A stretch of DNA of 64,000 nt, from positions 558,001 through 622,000 of the forward strand of contig VRMN01000003.1 of the NCBI GenBank assembly GCA_008690995.1, read 5' to 3'. This DNA comes from Porphyridium purpureum (Eukaryota). The position numbers and the translations under genes are program-made. The notes under the pieces are model-generated. The model was not told the DNA's origin and searched no databases. It worked only from the letters and a program-made list of their open reading frames with translations. Shown here in pieces: positions 19,938 through 29,834 of this stretch. Each line of letters begins with the position of its first letter. Within the stretch, counting starts at the first letter, position 1.

Positions 19938-20510
19938 GGCACACTGCTCCGACGCTGCAATGTGCGTGTGCAGCTCGCCCCGTCCACACCTGTCCCCCGC
20001 GCCGCGCCAAACCACGAGCGCACCGCCACAGAGACGCACCGCGCGCAATCTCTCGATGCCCGAGTCGGTTGGTTCGGTGCAACGAGAACCAGCGAATGCA
20101 GACCGCTAGCACAAACGCATCGCAGTCCCGCTTTCGCGCTTACCACAAGCGCATGCAAAACCGGCCCCGTTTTGCGCGCTTCCAGACCGCATGACGCCCG
20201 CCCACCCACTGTACACCCAGCCGCGCTGGTCTGCGCCGCACAGTACCGCGCCCGCGTTCCGAGATGGCAATGCAATGCTACAGTCTGTGGGTGTATAGTA
20301 TTGCTGTACCGCGCCGATTTCACGAGCTGCCGCGCACGGCTCCCAGCGAAGGCTCGGAGCTCGCGCACGTGCTGTCCGGGCTGCGATATTGAGCAGGAGA
20401 CGACAGCGCGCCGGTAACAGGATCGGAGAAGGATAGGCACTGGCCAGGGGACAATATACGATTCAGATTCGCGCACGGTCTTGCGTTGATCAGAACCGCC
20501 TGCAGCAGTC

Positions 20511-22139
20511 ATGTTGGGTTTCGTGGGGGTCTCGTCCGCGCCTGCGCTAGGGAGCTTGACTCGCTTGGATGGTCCGTCAGGCACACTGTGCGCGCCGAAC
20601 GGTGCCTTGCGAATCCGCCGCCCTGACGGGCGGTGTGTGCTAAGGATGACGTCGGCCGCCCCGGTAAATGCTGCCCCGGCGGCTGGACCGGAAGGCGAGC
20701 GTGCGGTAGACGTGCTGGTGGTCGGGTCGGGCATTTCGGGGAGCTCGCTGGCGTTTTCGCTCCACCAGAAGGGCATTGACGTACTGATGTGTGAGTCTCG
20801 CGATCGTGTGGGCGGGAACGTGACATCTCGCAACGAGAACGGATACACGTGGGAGGAAGGACCCAACACGTTCCAGCCGGCACCACACATCATGCGGATT
20901 GCGGTAGATCTAGGCCTGAAGGACGAGCTGGTACTTGCCGATCACACGCTCCCGCGATTCGTGTACTGGGATGGGAAGCTCTTCGCGCTCCCCATGGGAC
21001 CTCAGGACATTCCCAACTTCCGCCTGCTTTCGCCTCTGGGAGCCATTCGCGCAGGCTTGGGTGCGATGGGCTTTGTGTTGCCCAACTTGTCGGGCAAGGA
21101 GGAGAGCGTGAAAGAGTTTATTACCAGGCACCTTGGAGCTGAGGTATTTGCAAAGATGATTGATCCATTTGTCTCAGGGGTGTACGCAGGTGACCCCACC
21201 AAACTATCTATGCAGAGTGCGTTCAAGAAAATCAAGGCACTGGAAACGCTGGGCGGTACGCTCGGCATCGTTGAAGGCGCGATCATCCGATTGGGTCAGC
21301 GGAAGAGAGAGGCACCCCCGTTTGACCCCGAGCTACCAACTTACAAAGGAGGCTCACTGGGCTCATTTAAGCGCGGGCTAGCCATGCTTCCAGAATCTGC
21401 GGCGAAGCGCCTGGGCAGTGATCGAGTTCTTTTGGAGCATTCTGTGTCATCCATCGAGTACGTGCCTGAGCAGGAGCGCTACCGAGTGACTTTGCAGCAG
21501 ACTGACGGAGATACCAAAGTCATTCTTGCCAAAAAGGTCGCTCTCACGACGCCAGCAAACGCCACAGCAAACATCCTGGACAGCGTACTGGAGAGTGCGG
21601 CCGACTTGCGCAATATTGTGTACCCCACCGTCTTTTCAGTGACACTTGCGTATAAGAACGAGGCGTTTCGCGAACCGCTGCGCGGTTTTGGAAACCTTAT
21701 CCCGAGAACAATGGGCGTGCGCACGCTGGGTACGATCTGGTCATCGTGCCTGTTTCCTGGTCGCTGCCCACAAGGCGAGACGCTGCTTTTGTCGTACATT
21801 GGTGGCGCTCAGGATCCTTCGATCAAGAGTTTGACAGACGCAGAGGTCGCTCAGCAAGTACATGAAGACATTGCGCGCATACTTCTGAAGGAAGGGGGCG
21901 TGAACGAGCCGTACAAGGTCGTTGGCGTGCGTAAATGGGATCGCGCCATTCCGCAGTACAACATTGGCCACAATGAGCGCATCGAACGCTTTGTTCACGA
22001 GGCCGCAGAAAAATGTCCTGGCATGTATTTGGGAGGGAACTACATCAGCGGCGTTGCCTTTGGTGACTGCGTTCTGTGGGGTGTCGAGACCGCGAAAGAA
22101 ATCGAAAGGGCGTTGAGCCTCGTTCGTCCGTCGACGTGA
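20511..22139 (+). CDS. PPOX: Protoporphyrinogen oxidase, plastid (HemY type)
   Basis: VVGSGISG FAD motif, WEEGPNTFQP, DPFVSGVYAGDP, LGTIWSS, AIPQYNIGH; transit peptide. Confidence 0.96.
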   Translation: MLGFVGVSSAPALGSLTRLDGPSGTLCAPNGALRIRRPDGRCVLRMTSAAPVNAAPAAGPEGERAVDVLVVGSGISGSSLAFSLHQKGIDVLMCESRDRVGGNVTSRNENGYTWEEGPNTFQPAPHIMRIAVDLGLKDELVLADHTLPRFVYWDGKLFALPMGPQDIPNFRLLSPLGAIRAGLGAMGFVLPNLSGKEESVKEFITRHLGAEVFAKMIDPFVSGVYAGDPTKLSMQSAFKKIKALETLGGTLGIVEGAIIRLGQRKREAPPFDPELPTYKGGSLGSFKRGLAMLPESAAKRLGSDRVLLEHSVSSIEYVPEQERYRVTLQQTDGDTKVILAKKVALTTPANATANILDSVLESAADLRNIVYPTVFSVTLAYKNEAFREPLRGFGNLIPRTMGVRTLGTIWSSCLFPGRCPQGETLLLSYIGGAQDPSIKSLTDAEVAQQVHEDIARILLKEGGVNEPYKVVGVRKWDRAIPQYNIGHNERIERFVHEAAEKCPGMYLGGNYISGVAFGDCVLWGVETAKEIERALSLVRPST

Positions 22140-22225
22140 ATTTGATTCCTGTATGAAAAGTGTGTACAAGTAGAGAACTGGACGAGAAACCTCTTCAGAA
22201 AGTACCGGCAGATTCTTGTCCAAAT

Positions 22226-23638
22226 TTACCGTGAAGAGGGGCTGCCCGGCATGAGCCACGGTAGAGTTTGTGCTTCGTCCCACATTCCTGCGAGGTCCTT
22301 TGACCAAGAGTCACCCATCCGGACGGTGAGAATAGTCAAGCAGTGAGCACGCAGCCTGCGCCGTGATGCATCAGTCACGGCAGCCCCGCTGCGATACAAA
22401 ACCATAAATGCCTTTTGCGCAAGGTCTGCACGCACAAAAATGGCCACAGGCGAGGAGCACAAGCAGCCAACCAATACGTATCCCGTTTCGTGCGCCAGCT
22501 CTTCAAGCGCTGCGAGGCTCGCGCCGCCAAACAATCTTGCGCGCTTTTTGCTCTTACCCGTATAAGAAAAGCGAGCCCAATGCCGATCCAAGTCGGTCTC
22601 GGTTCGAGCTGCCGGGCTGTACACACGCTCCTCGCTTCCAAAGTATGGCTGATACTCGAGGGCGATCACGCGCGGGCTAATCTTACCAGAAGACAGGCTT
22701 CCTGAAACAAGCGATCGCCACAGCTGGTATTCGATCGAATTAATGTTGATGCTTAATAAATCCAGCTCGCCAAACCAGCCCTGTGCTTCTAACATGTCAT
22801 GCGTTCGACCCAGGCTGTCTGGCTTTTCCAACGTTGAAAGCTCGACCACCGAGACAAGACCTTGAGCCCGCGCATGTTCGTACAGGTGCTGAGCCATAGC
22901 AAGCGAAGACCAGCACGAATATACAAGAGCAGCGCTAAAGCCATGAAATGCAACAAGATTCGCGGCCTGTGTGTACGCGCCACGCATGCACTCGGAGTCC
23001 AGTTCAAGCACCAAGCGTCTCGCGCCGAACCCGACAGCTGCCAAAACCAAAAGCAGCGGCCCGTCGCTTTTTTCCAGTGCCAGTGTACTCCACTCCGCTC
23101 TGCAAAGAACTCCACCCGTTGGGTGCAAGTCCAAGTGCATGACCTCCTGGATCCGCTCTATCAGAGCAGCTCTGCTGACGTTGCCTCGTTGATGTTGATC
23201 GTGGCTCTCATCTTTACCGTACGCACGCATATACCAGTACTGCCAATGAGATGCGGATCTGCGCACCTCTCGCTGGAGGCTCTCCAATTCTTGAAAGCGC
23301 TCACTGCGAAGCACAGACTCGTCCCCTTCCACACCCACTTTAAATCGCGCGCTGACGCTTCTGGCCTCAACTGCGCTTGCCAGTACAGCGGCGCGCAATC
23401 GTGCGGCAGCTCGGCGCACGTCAACTCGTTCTAAATCGTGTCTCATGACGCCCAGAAAGCCAGAATCGACGCTGCTACCAGCAAAGTGCAGCAGCACAAG
23501 CCACACACACAGCAAAGCAAAGAGCACGCCGAACAACAAGACAAGCCCACCCAGCAACAAGCCGCGCCGCCGGGACACGAGTGCATTTACGATGGGGTTA
23601 CGAGTCTGGTGCGTCTTTTTGTCGCTGTCGCTGCCCAT
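22226..23638 (-). CDS. Type II membrane protein with divergent FkbM/Methyltransf_21-like domain
   Basis: N-terminal TM; ELDLLSININSIEYQLW, PRVIALEY, GASLAALEELAHETGYVLVG pattern. Confidence 0.7.
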   Translation of the reverse strand: MGSDSDKKTHQTRNPIVNALVSRRRGLLLGGLVLLFGVLFALLCVWLVLLHFAGSSVDSGFLGVMRHDLERVDVRRAAARLRAAVLASAVEARSVSARFKVGVEGDESVLRSERFQELESLQREVRRSASHWQYWYMRAYGKDESHDQHQRGNVSRAALIERIQEVMHLDLHPTGGVLCRAEWSTLALEKSDGPLLLVLAAVGFGARRLVLELDSECMRGAYTQAANLVAFHGFSAALVYSCWSSLAMAQHLYEHARAQGLVSVVELSTLEKPDSLGRTHDMLEAQGWFGELDLLSININSIEYQLWRSLVSGSLSSGKISPRVIALEYQPYFGSEERVYSPAARTETDLDRHWARFSYTGKSKKRARLFGGASLAALEELAHETGYVLVGCLCSSPVAIFVRADLAQKAFMVLYRSGAAVTDASRRRLRAHCLTILTVRMGDSWSKDLAGMWDEAQTLPWLMPGSPSSR

Positions 23639-24671
23639 TGTGAGTGCGGCGCTTGCATCGCCGTTGAGCGACGAGCTAGTTTCAACTTGGTTGATGAAAA
23701 AGTTTGAAGTGCGTGCGAGCCACGATCTTGTCCGTGGTCGAGGCTGGGATGATTACAAATGTGCGCAGTTGGAGTGGCCGGGTGAGCGGAGAAGCGCGTT
23801 GATCTGTCGTGTGCTTGAGAAGATACCCGAGGGCGTAAATGTTGAACGCATTCCAGTCGGCGATGGTGGCTGCTCTGAGATTCCGGAGCTAGTCGTGCGA
23901 CTGATGGCCCTGCAGGAGCTGTCTCAAATCATGGAGCAGCAGAATGCATCATCGTCCCAGACTGTTCCTGTGCAACTAGTAAAGCTGCCATGGCGTCTGT
24001 TGAGGAAGAGCGCGCGCACGAGCTCCAAGGAAGACATGAAACTGCTCGAAGCACAATTAGCTGCCACAGTAGGGCCGGGGATAAGCATTGGACAGAATGT
24101 AAACTTGACGTTCTGGTCGTTCATGTTTCCGGCGGGTGTGCGTATGTCGTCTTTGGTTCCCCAGCACACTAGTTTACAACCCTACTTGTGGGCCTCTCGT
24201 GAAAAGAACGTGCAGGCACAATCAGACCAGAGAAAGTTGATCTGGCTGGACCAGCTCGTACTAGATTACTTTGGCTCTTGTCTGCGCCCGAACAACGCAT
24301 ATTATGAACGGGAAAGCGATATTGGATATGCACCGTTTGCCGCACTAGGGATTGGCTTTTGCTCTCTGGGAAATGACGCGGACGCTGTTGCTCTTGACGA
24401 CCTGCTTATTCAGATTACTCGCGCGGGCGTTTTTCGTCTGCAGACTATGCGCACTTTACACAGACTTGAGAGGCTCCTTGATGCTTCCCTTGTACTCGAA
24501 GTATTGCGCGCGCAATATCAGGATCAAAATGAAAGGGCGCCGCTGCCTGAAAATGCTAGCTCCATTATTGCGGACTTCGTGCAGGAGATTTACGGAAAAG
24601 CATCAGAACTGAGGCGTCAAGTTGGCGAGCTGATTGCCCGCTCTGTCGTTCAGACAGTTCCCGCTCTCTGA
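23592..24671 (+). CDS. Hypothetical protein (possible signal peptide; alternative start 23694)
   Basis: Long ORF; MGLRVWCVFLSLSLPIVSAALA resembles a signal peptide. Confidence 0.6.
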   Translation: MGLRVWCVFLSLSLPIVSAALASPLSDELVSTWLMKKFEVRASHDLVRGRGWDDYKCAQLEWPGERRSALICRVLEKIPEGVNVERIPVGDGGCSEIPELVVRLMALQELSQIMEQQNASSSQTVPVQLVKLPWRLLRKSARTSSKEDMKLLEAQLAATVGPGISIGQNVNLTFWSFMFPAGVRMSSLVPQHTSLQPYLWASREKNVQAQSDQRKLIWLDQLVLDYFGSCLRPNNAYYERESDIGYAPFAALGIGFCSLGNDADAVALDDLLIQITRAGVFRLQTMRTLHRLERLLDASLVLEVLRAQYQDQNERAPLPENASSIIADFVQEIYGKASELRRQVGELIARSVVQTVPAL

Positions 24672-25387
24672 ATGTGCTCGCTACGGCCGGCAGCTTATTC
24701 ATGATCACAGCTCTTTTCCACCTTGCTCAATATTACGACCTCGGAACACATGTCGTCCTGGGCTACTTCAGCGGTCAGCCAGTAAGTGAACCAAAGTCTG
24801 TCCGTGACGTACCACAGGGGGGTGGATGCGATAGGTAGTCGGATGGGAGAACCGCAGTCCTTCGAATGAGTCGGCAGAAGCATCCGTTGCTTGCGAATGG
24901 CCGCATTTTACACAAGCCAAGCAGATCAAGACGAAAGCGTGTGCTCCCATTTCGACGCCAGCAGTCAAACCGGCTGCGCAAGATTTTCAAAGAATGCTGG
25001 GGAAGACGGACACGGCGTAAAGATTGCCGCGCGGGCCGAACGAACGTCAGCCTGCGCGGCTACTCGGGTGACATTTCGCAGAGACGGAGCCAAAGCGTGA
25101 ACGGTTCGCCGAGCATTCCGCTGCCAGTTTCCAAGCTCGCCGGCAGGTGGAGGTACAGTGATCTTCACGAGCTTGTATCCAAACATGCATATTTTGCAGT
25201 GCTGCGGGAGCCTCCTTTCTCGAAGCCGATTCGAGCCACTTCATGCGCGTGGCGGTGGTTGTCGCCCGACGTCATTCTCAGTGATGTCACCCGGTGTTGC
25301 TCTGCACATGCTCGCTGTCGGTGAACAGTGGCGAGACAGAGGAGGGCCCGGGCACGTTGTCCATGAGGAAGGGCAACGTGGCGTCCG

Positions 25388-26452
25388 ATGGCGGGTAGCG
25401 ACGTGTATATCGCGGCGCGAGCGCTGCGGCTGGGCACCAGACATGGAGGATTGACACTCAGCCCAGTGATGCACGGCCTCTGGCAGCTTGAAGGGATGCG
25501 CAACTTCAATTATACGCCACGACGCGAGGAGACAGTGGCAGACATGGTGGATTGCGTGCAGCGTGGACTAGGCACGTTTGAGTTGTGCTCCGCCTACCTG
25601 AATGCGCAAGAGCTCGTGGGAGATTTGCACCAGGAACTGGGCCGGCAGTTATTCGAAGAAAGTGTGACAGGCGTGTACACGTGGGCGCCTCGCATAGACG
25701 CCATACCGGGCGGCGCCTTGACGAGTAAATTTGTGGAAGACGGGATCGACGAAATGCTGCTGGCGTGTAAGGTGGATTATCTTGACCTCGTCCAGCTGCA
25801 CTGGCGACCTGGCGCCAAAGATGGTCGCTTGGTGGCCGCGTTTCGGTACCTGGAAGACCTTAAGAGTAAAGGCAAAATACGCGCGATCGGGGCGGCAAAT
25901 TTCGGGGCCGAGGAGCTGGAGCTCGCATACAGTGAGGGAATTTCTTTGGCTACAAACATGGTAGCCCTGTCGCTCATCGATCGGCGCGCTCTACGGAAAG
26001 TAGCGGCGCTCTGCGAACAGAATGGCACTAAGCTTATCGCCTACGGCACACTATTGGGTGGGCTCATGACCCAGCGCTTCATGGGTTCCTTCGAGCCAAC
26101 TATGGCCGTGTTGGATGGGGTCGCCCAACAAAAGTACTGGACGTTTTTGCAGAGGTGGGGACCGTGGAGCCGTTTTCAAGAGCTCCTGTTTCAACTGAAG
26201 CATCTTGGAGAAAAGTACGGCTGCTCTGCCGAGCAAGTGGCGATGAAGTGGGCTTTGGATCAGAGAAACGTTGGCGCCATTGTGGTCGGTTCGCGGTTTG
26301 GTTACCGGAACTACATTCATGATAAGGAAGCGACGCTACGCGTGCGCCTGACGGACGCCGACACAGAGATTCTGGAATATTGCGCGAAACTTGGTAATGA
26401 CTTATTTGATGTATTCGGCGACTGTGGAAATGAGTTTCGTCCGCGGACTTGA
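25388..26452 (+). CDS. Aldo/keto reductase family protein
   Basis: HGLWQL, DYLDLVQLHW, GKIRAIGAANF, IAYGTLLGGL, QVAMKWAL. Confidence 0.9.
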   Translation: MAGSDVYIAARALRLGTRHGGLTLSPVMHGLWQLEGMRNFNYTPRREETVADMVDCVQRGLGTFELCSAYLNAQELVGDLHQELGRQLFEESVTGVYTWAPRIDAIPGGALTSKFVEDGIDEMLLACKVDYLDLVQLHWRPGAKDGRLVAAFRYLEDLKSKGKIRAIGAANFGAEELELAYSEGISLATNMVALSLIDRRALRKVAALCEQNGTKLIAYGTLLGGLMTQRFMGSFEPTMAVLDGVAQQKYWTFLQRWGPWSRFQELLFQLKHLGEKYGCSAEQVAMKWALDQRNVGAIVVGSRFGYRNYIHDKEATLRVRLTDADTEILEYCAKLGNDLFDVFGDCGNEFRPRT

Positions 26453-26493
26453 AAATCCAGTGACCGGCGCTCACTGGAGTCACTGAGCTGTTT

Positions 26494-26832
26494 TCAATGG
26501 GCGCCGCTTGCAACGAGCCGGACAGAAACCGCGTCTGCGGGGATACCTGCAAAAGCTGCGATCACCTCGGAAACAAGCTTAAAAAGGAGGTGCCGCTCTG
26601 TCCTGAGCATCTGGATGCACGACGCACTTATCTTGACGTCGGTGGCCAGCTGGGAGACCTCACTTTGAGAGTTCCGATGCTCTGGCTGGAAGCCACCCAA
26701 TAAAATGACGAGAACATGTTGAGCGTCGATATTGAGCACCGACCCTACGCTATTCGCGAGCTCATCTGACAGCCGCTTCAATCCCGCGGCACCACCGCAA
26801 CTTCCCACGGCGTCCACTATGACACTCACCAT
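26494..26832 (-). CDS. Small tautomerase/MIF-fold-like protein (112 aa)
   Basis: Two beta-alpha-beta units: LSDELANSVGSVLNIDAQHVLVIL and LFKLVSEVIAAFAGIPADAVSVRL; MIF-like length. Confidence 0.5.
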   Translation of the reverse strand: MVSVIVDAVGSCGGAAGLKRLSDELANSVGSVLNIDAQHVLVILLGGFQPEHRNSQSEVSQLATDVKISASCIQMLRTERHLLFKLVSEVIAAFAGIPADAVSVRLVASGAH

Positions 26833-27047
26833 TTCGAAACACACCTCGTGACATTCAATTGTGCTGAGCTGCGGCCACATTTGCCACCGAGATTCGTCTC
26901 CCCTTCAAGCTGTTTTGAGTTGTTTTTTTAAGAAAGCCCCGCATGCTTTTGGCGCGTAAGGTTGCACAAGTTTGAAGAGGTCCGTGAGTGGGTTGGTCCT
27001 GGGTAAGGATTTCCGAATCTCGAGTGGCTGGACTTGGGATCGAGGGC

Positions 27048-29249
27048 ATGGCACCAAAACGAGCGGCACCCGTGCCCGGGTTGGGCGCGCCAAGGAAGCG
27101 GGCGAACAAGCAGGACGTCCGCATGCAACAGAGCAAGCTCAAGTTTCGGTCCCCGGCAGAGTTTTTCGCGGAGAACAAGAACATTGCTGGGTTCGATAAT
27201 GCCGGCAAGTCGCTGTATACAACAGTCAGGGAGTTTGTAGAGAATGGGCTCGATGCTGCCGAGGCAGTGCACGTTTTGCCGGACATCTTGATTAAGATCG
27301 AGGAGCTGTCTGTTCATATGTACCAGCAGCTCACCAAGACATCGCACCAGGAAAAGGTGCTGGATCCTACGCTGTATAAGGAACACGTCGAGCAGAAAAG
27401 GGCCAAAGGTATTGCTGCCAAAAATAAGAAGAAGGCAGGATCGCAAATGCAGGAGAAGGACGAAGTTGATGATACCTTAAGTGATGATGTGCCACTCAGA
27501 GCCGGCAGCAAAAGTGGGACGGCGGCGGCCGCGACCGCGGGGGACGCAGACGCAGCTTACTTACCTAGTAACATGTTTCGCATAACTGTGACAGACAATG
27601 GGTCCGGCATGCCACACGAATCGATCCCGCAAATGATGGGTCGCGTGCTGGCGGGAACCAAGTACTGCGTCCGCCAGAACCGTGGCAAGTTTGGGCTGGG
27701 TTCGAAAATGGCATTGATTTGGAGCAAGATGAGTACAGGGCTTCCTATTGAAATTTGGTCGCAACAGCGCGGCCAGAAGCAGTACTCGCATGTGATCTTG
27801 GACATAGATATCACGAACAACGCGCCGAATGTGATAGAGCAAACGCGTCATTCGGCGAACGAGTCTACCCCTTTCTTTCCGTCCGGGCACGGCACGACTG
27901 TGAGTTTGATAATCGAAGGGAACTGGACTTCTTATCGCTCCAAAATTGTACAGTACACGCGACAAATGGCTGTGATTACTCCCTACGCCGAATTTAAGCT
28001 TCAATTTATCGCCGGTTCGCGAATGGCGGAGCAGGACTCGCGTTCTTTTTCGGTTGTCTTCCAGCGACGTGCCGACAAAATGCCGCCACAAGCTCAGGAA
28101 GTGAAGCATCATCCTAGTTCGGTAAATCAGCTGCTCATCAAGCAGCTCATTGACCAACTCAGCGAAAGCAAGCAACAATCGATGTGCACTGTTGATTTTC
28201 TGCACAAGGAGTTTAGCAATATTGACCGCAAGCTCGCGGAAAGGTTGGGTCTGGAGCTTGGTGAGGAATTGGCTGACAAATGTTTGGAGGCGCTCGATGT
28301 GGATGATATCCGCCGGCTCGATACGCTGCTCAAAGCCGCACACTTTGACCCACCCGACGGCAATTGCCTGAGTCCTGCTGGTGAGTACAACTTGAGGCTG
28401 GGAGTTCTCAAGGAGATCCGACCCGAGCTGATCGCGACACACGCAGAACCTGCCGAGGCATTCGAGGGACATCCATTCATCGTGGAGGTAGCGGTATCGC
28501 TAGGAGGTGTTTCCATAAAACCTGGCATTACAGTGCACCGCTTTGCCAACCGCATTCCGCTGCTTTTTGAAGCAGGCAACGACGTGGTGACTAAGACTGT
28601 GCTCAAAAATATTCCTTGGAGCACGTATAAGATCTCGACGACCAACGATCGCATCGGTGTTTTTGTGAGTATCGTGAGTACAAAGATTCCCTTCAAGGGT
28701 ACGGGCAAGGAGTACATTGGCGATGACGCCACAGAGATCCGGCAATGCGTGCGGCGCGCTATCATGCAATGCTGTATTCAGCTGAGAAGCAAGATCAGCC
28801 GCCGGAGCGAACTAAAGGACCAAGCTGACCGCAGGCGCAATCTGATCAAGTATGTGCCAAACGTGGCGCGCGCCCTGAGCAGTCTGTGGAACGCAGTATC
28901 AATAGACGCTTCGACGCAGGAGGATGAAGACCTTCAGGCGCCAGATATTCGTAAGTGGGTGCAGACACCTCCGACCGAGAAGCAGCTCGCTCAGCAGCTG
29001 CTACGCAGTGTAGAGAAGCAGGATCTTGCGGACGCGTTGGAGCAGCAGCAGGCGGTAGCTGCGGACGGCATTGGCGGGCGCGGGAGAACGAAGGACCTGG
29101 CAGAGGCCATACTTTTGCTCCCCGTGCCGCGCGCCACGTCGAACGCGCTATTCGCGTGCTTTCCAACCTCTGTTGATGTGGACGGGAAGGAGAAACCAGG
29201 CGGCAGCTGTAGCGTATTGCTTCTCAAGCGCCTCGCTGTTGGTTTGTGA
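27048..29249 (+). CDS. TOP6B: DNA topoisomerase VI subunit B
   Basis: SPAEFFAENKNIAGFDN, REFVENGLDA, DNGSGM, RGKFGLGSKMAL, RFANRIPLLFE, STKIPFKGTGKEYI. Confidence 0.97.
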   Translation: MAPKRAAPVPGLGAPRKRANKQDVRMQQSKLKFRSPAEFFAENKNIAGFDNAGKSLYTTVREFVENGLDAAEAVHVLPDILIKIEELSVHMYQQLTKTSHQEKVLDPTLYKEHVEQKRAKGIAAKNKKKAGSQMQEKDEVDDTLSDDVPLRAGSKSGTAAAATAGDADAAYLPSNMFRITVTDNGSGMPHESIPQMMGRVLAGTKYCVRQNRGKFGLGSKMALIWSKMSTGLPIEIWSQQRGQKQYSHVILDIDITNNAPNVIEQTRHSANESTPFFPSGHGTTVSLIIEGNWTSYRSKIVQYTRQMAVITPYAEFKLQFIAGSRMAEQDSRSFSVVFQRRADKMPPQAQEVKHHPSSVNQLLIKQLIDQLSESKQQSMCTVDFLHKEFSNIDRKLAERLGLELGEELADKCLEALDVDDIRRLDTLLKAAHFDPPDGNCLSPAGEYNLRLGVLKEIRPELIATHAEPAEAFEGHPFIVEVAVSLGGVSIKPGITVHRFANRIPLLFEAGNDVVTKTVLKNIPWSTYKISTTNDRIGVFVSIVSTKIPFKGTGKEYIGDDATEIRQCVRRAIMQCCIQLRSKISRRSELKDQADRRRNLIKYVPNVARALSSLWNAVSIDASTQEDEDLQAPDIRKWVQTPPTEKQLAQQLLRSVEKQDLADALEQQQAVAADGIGGRGRTKDLAEAILLLPVPRATSNALFACFPTSVDVDGKEKPGGSCSVLLLKRLAVGL

Positions 29250-29298
29250 GTGTATGTCAGGGCGGAACGCAGTAGAGGGGGTGCGTAGGTTCATTCTT

Positions 29299-29745
29299 GT
29301 GCCCTGTTTTAGAATATTTTCAATATAGGCCGAGCAGGGCACTTTTTCGTCAGAGCACATGCTGTCACCAGGTGTGGAGCGGCCACGTCGCACATGCCGG
29401 TTCGCCTTTCTGGCCTCAGGGTGTGGAAGCAGGGAAATCTGGCGGGGAGATTTGGGTCACCTCGGTCCGCCAACTCGTTTAAGGTTGGGGAACCCACCCG
29501 TCCAGAAAGGGGGGTTGAGAAAAAATGACCCAAATGGCGGTTTCGTGGGCAGGGTTCCTTATTGTGGTAAATTGTGTGACCACGGCAGCAACGGTCCATC
29601 GGTGAAGCGTCCCTTCCAGACGGGCGCCTGATCCGTGGTTGGCCTCGCGCAAGTAATCCGCCCCCGTTTTGGTATGAACGCGATGGCTGGCTGAAGACGG
29701 CAGCCAGCAGGCACCCTGGTGTGAACGCGCGTGGGTATATAGTGT
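29299..29745. ncRNA. Candidate structured non-coding RNA (family unassigned)
   Basis: Several perfect or near-perfect inverted repeats in an intergenic region with no credible ORF; TATATA at 29736-29741. Confidence 0.35.
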
Positions 29746-29834
29746 CGACCTAGACACTTGGGGCACACGGGGCTGCGCAGACGGAGGCGAGGAGATGGGA
29801 GGTCGCGAGGAGGTAGGTTGGGAAACATTTCGCA

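Noticed and set aside
19826..20893. Long antisense or alternative-frame ORFs (e.g. 19826-20893, 11838-12716, 27561-28472, 17991-18839, 36561-37079)
   Set aside because: Shadow ORFs of well-supported genes in GC-rich DNA, with no motifs
29416..29445. SRP helix-8-like TCAGG..AAGCAG and RNase P CR-I-like GGGAAATCTGG
   Set aside because: No GNRA-capped helix and no matching CR-V; no family could be assigned
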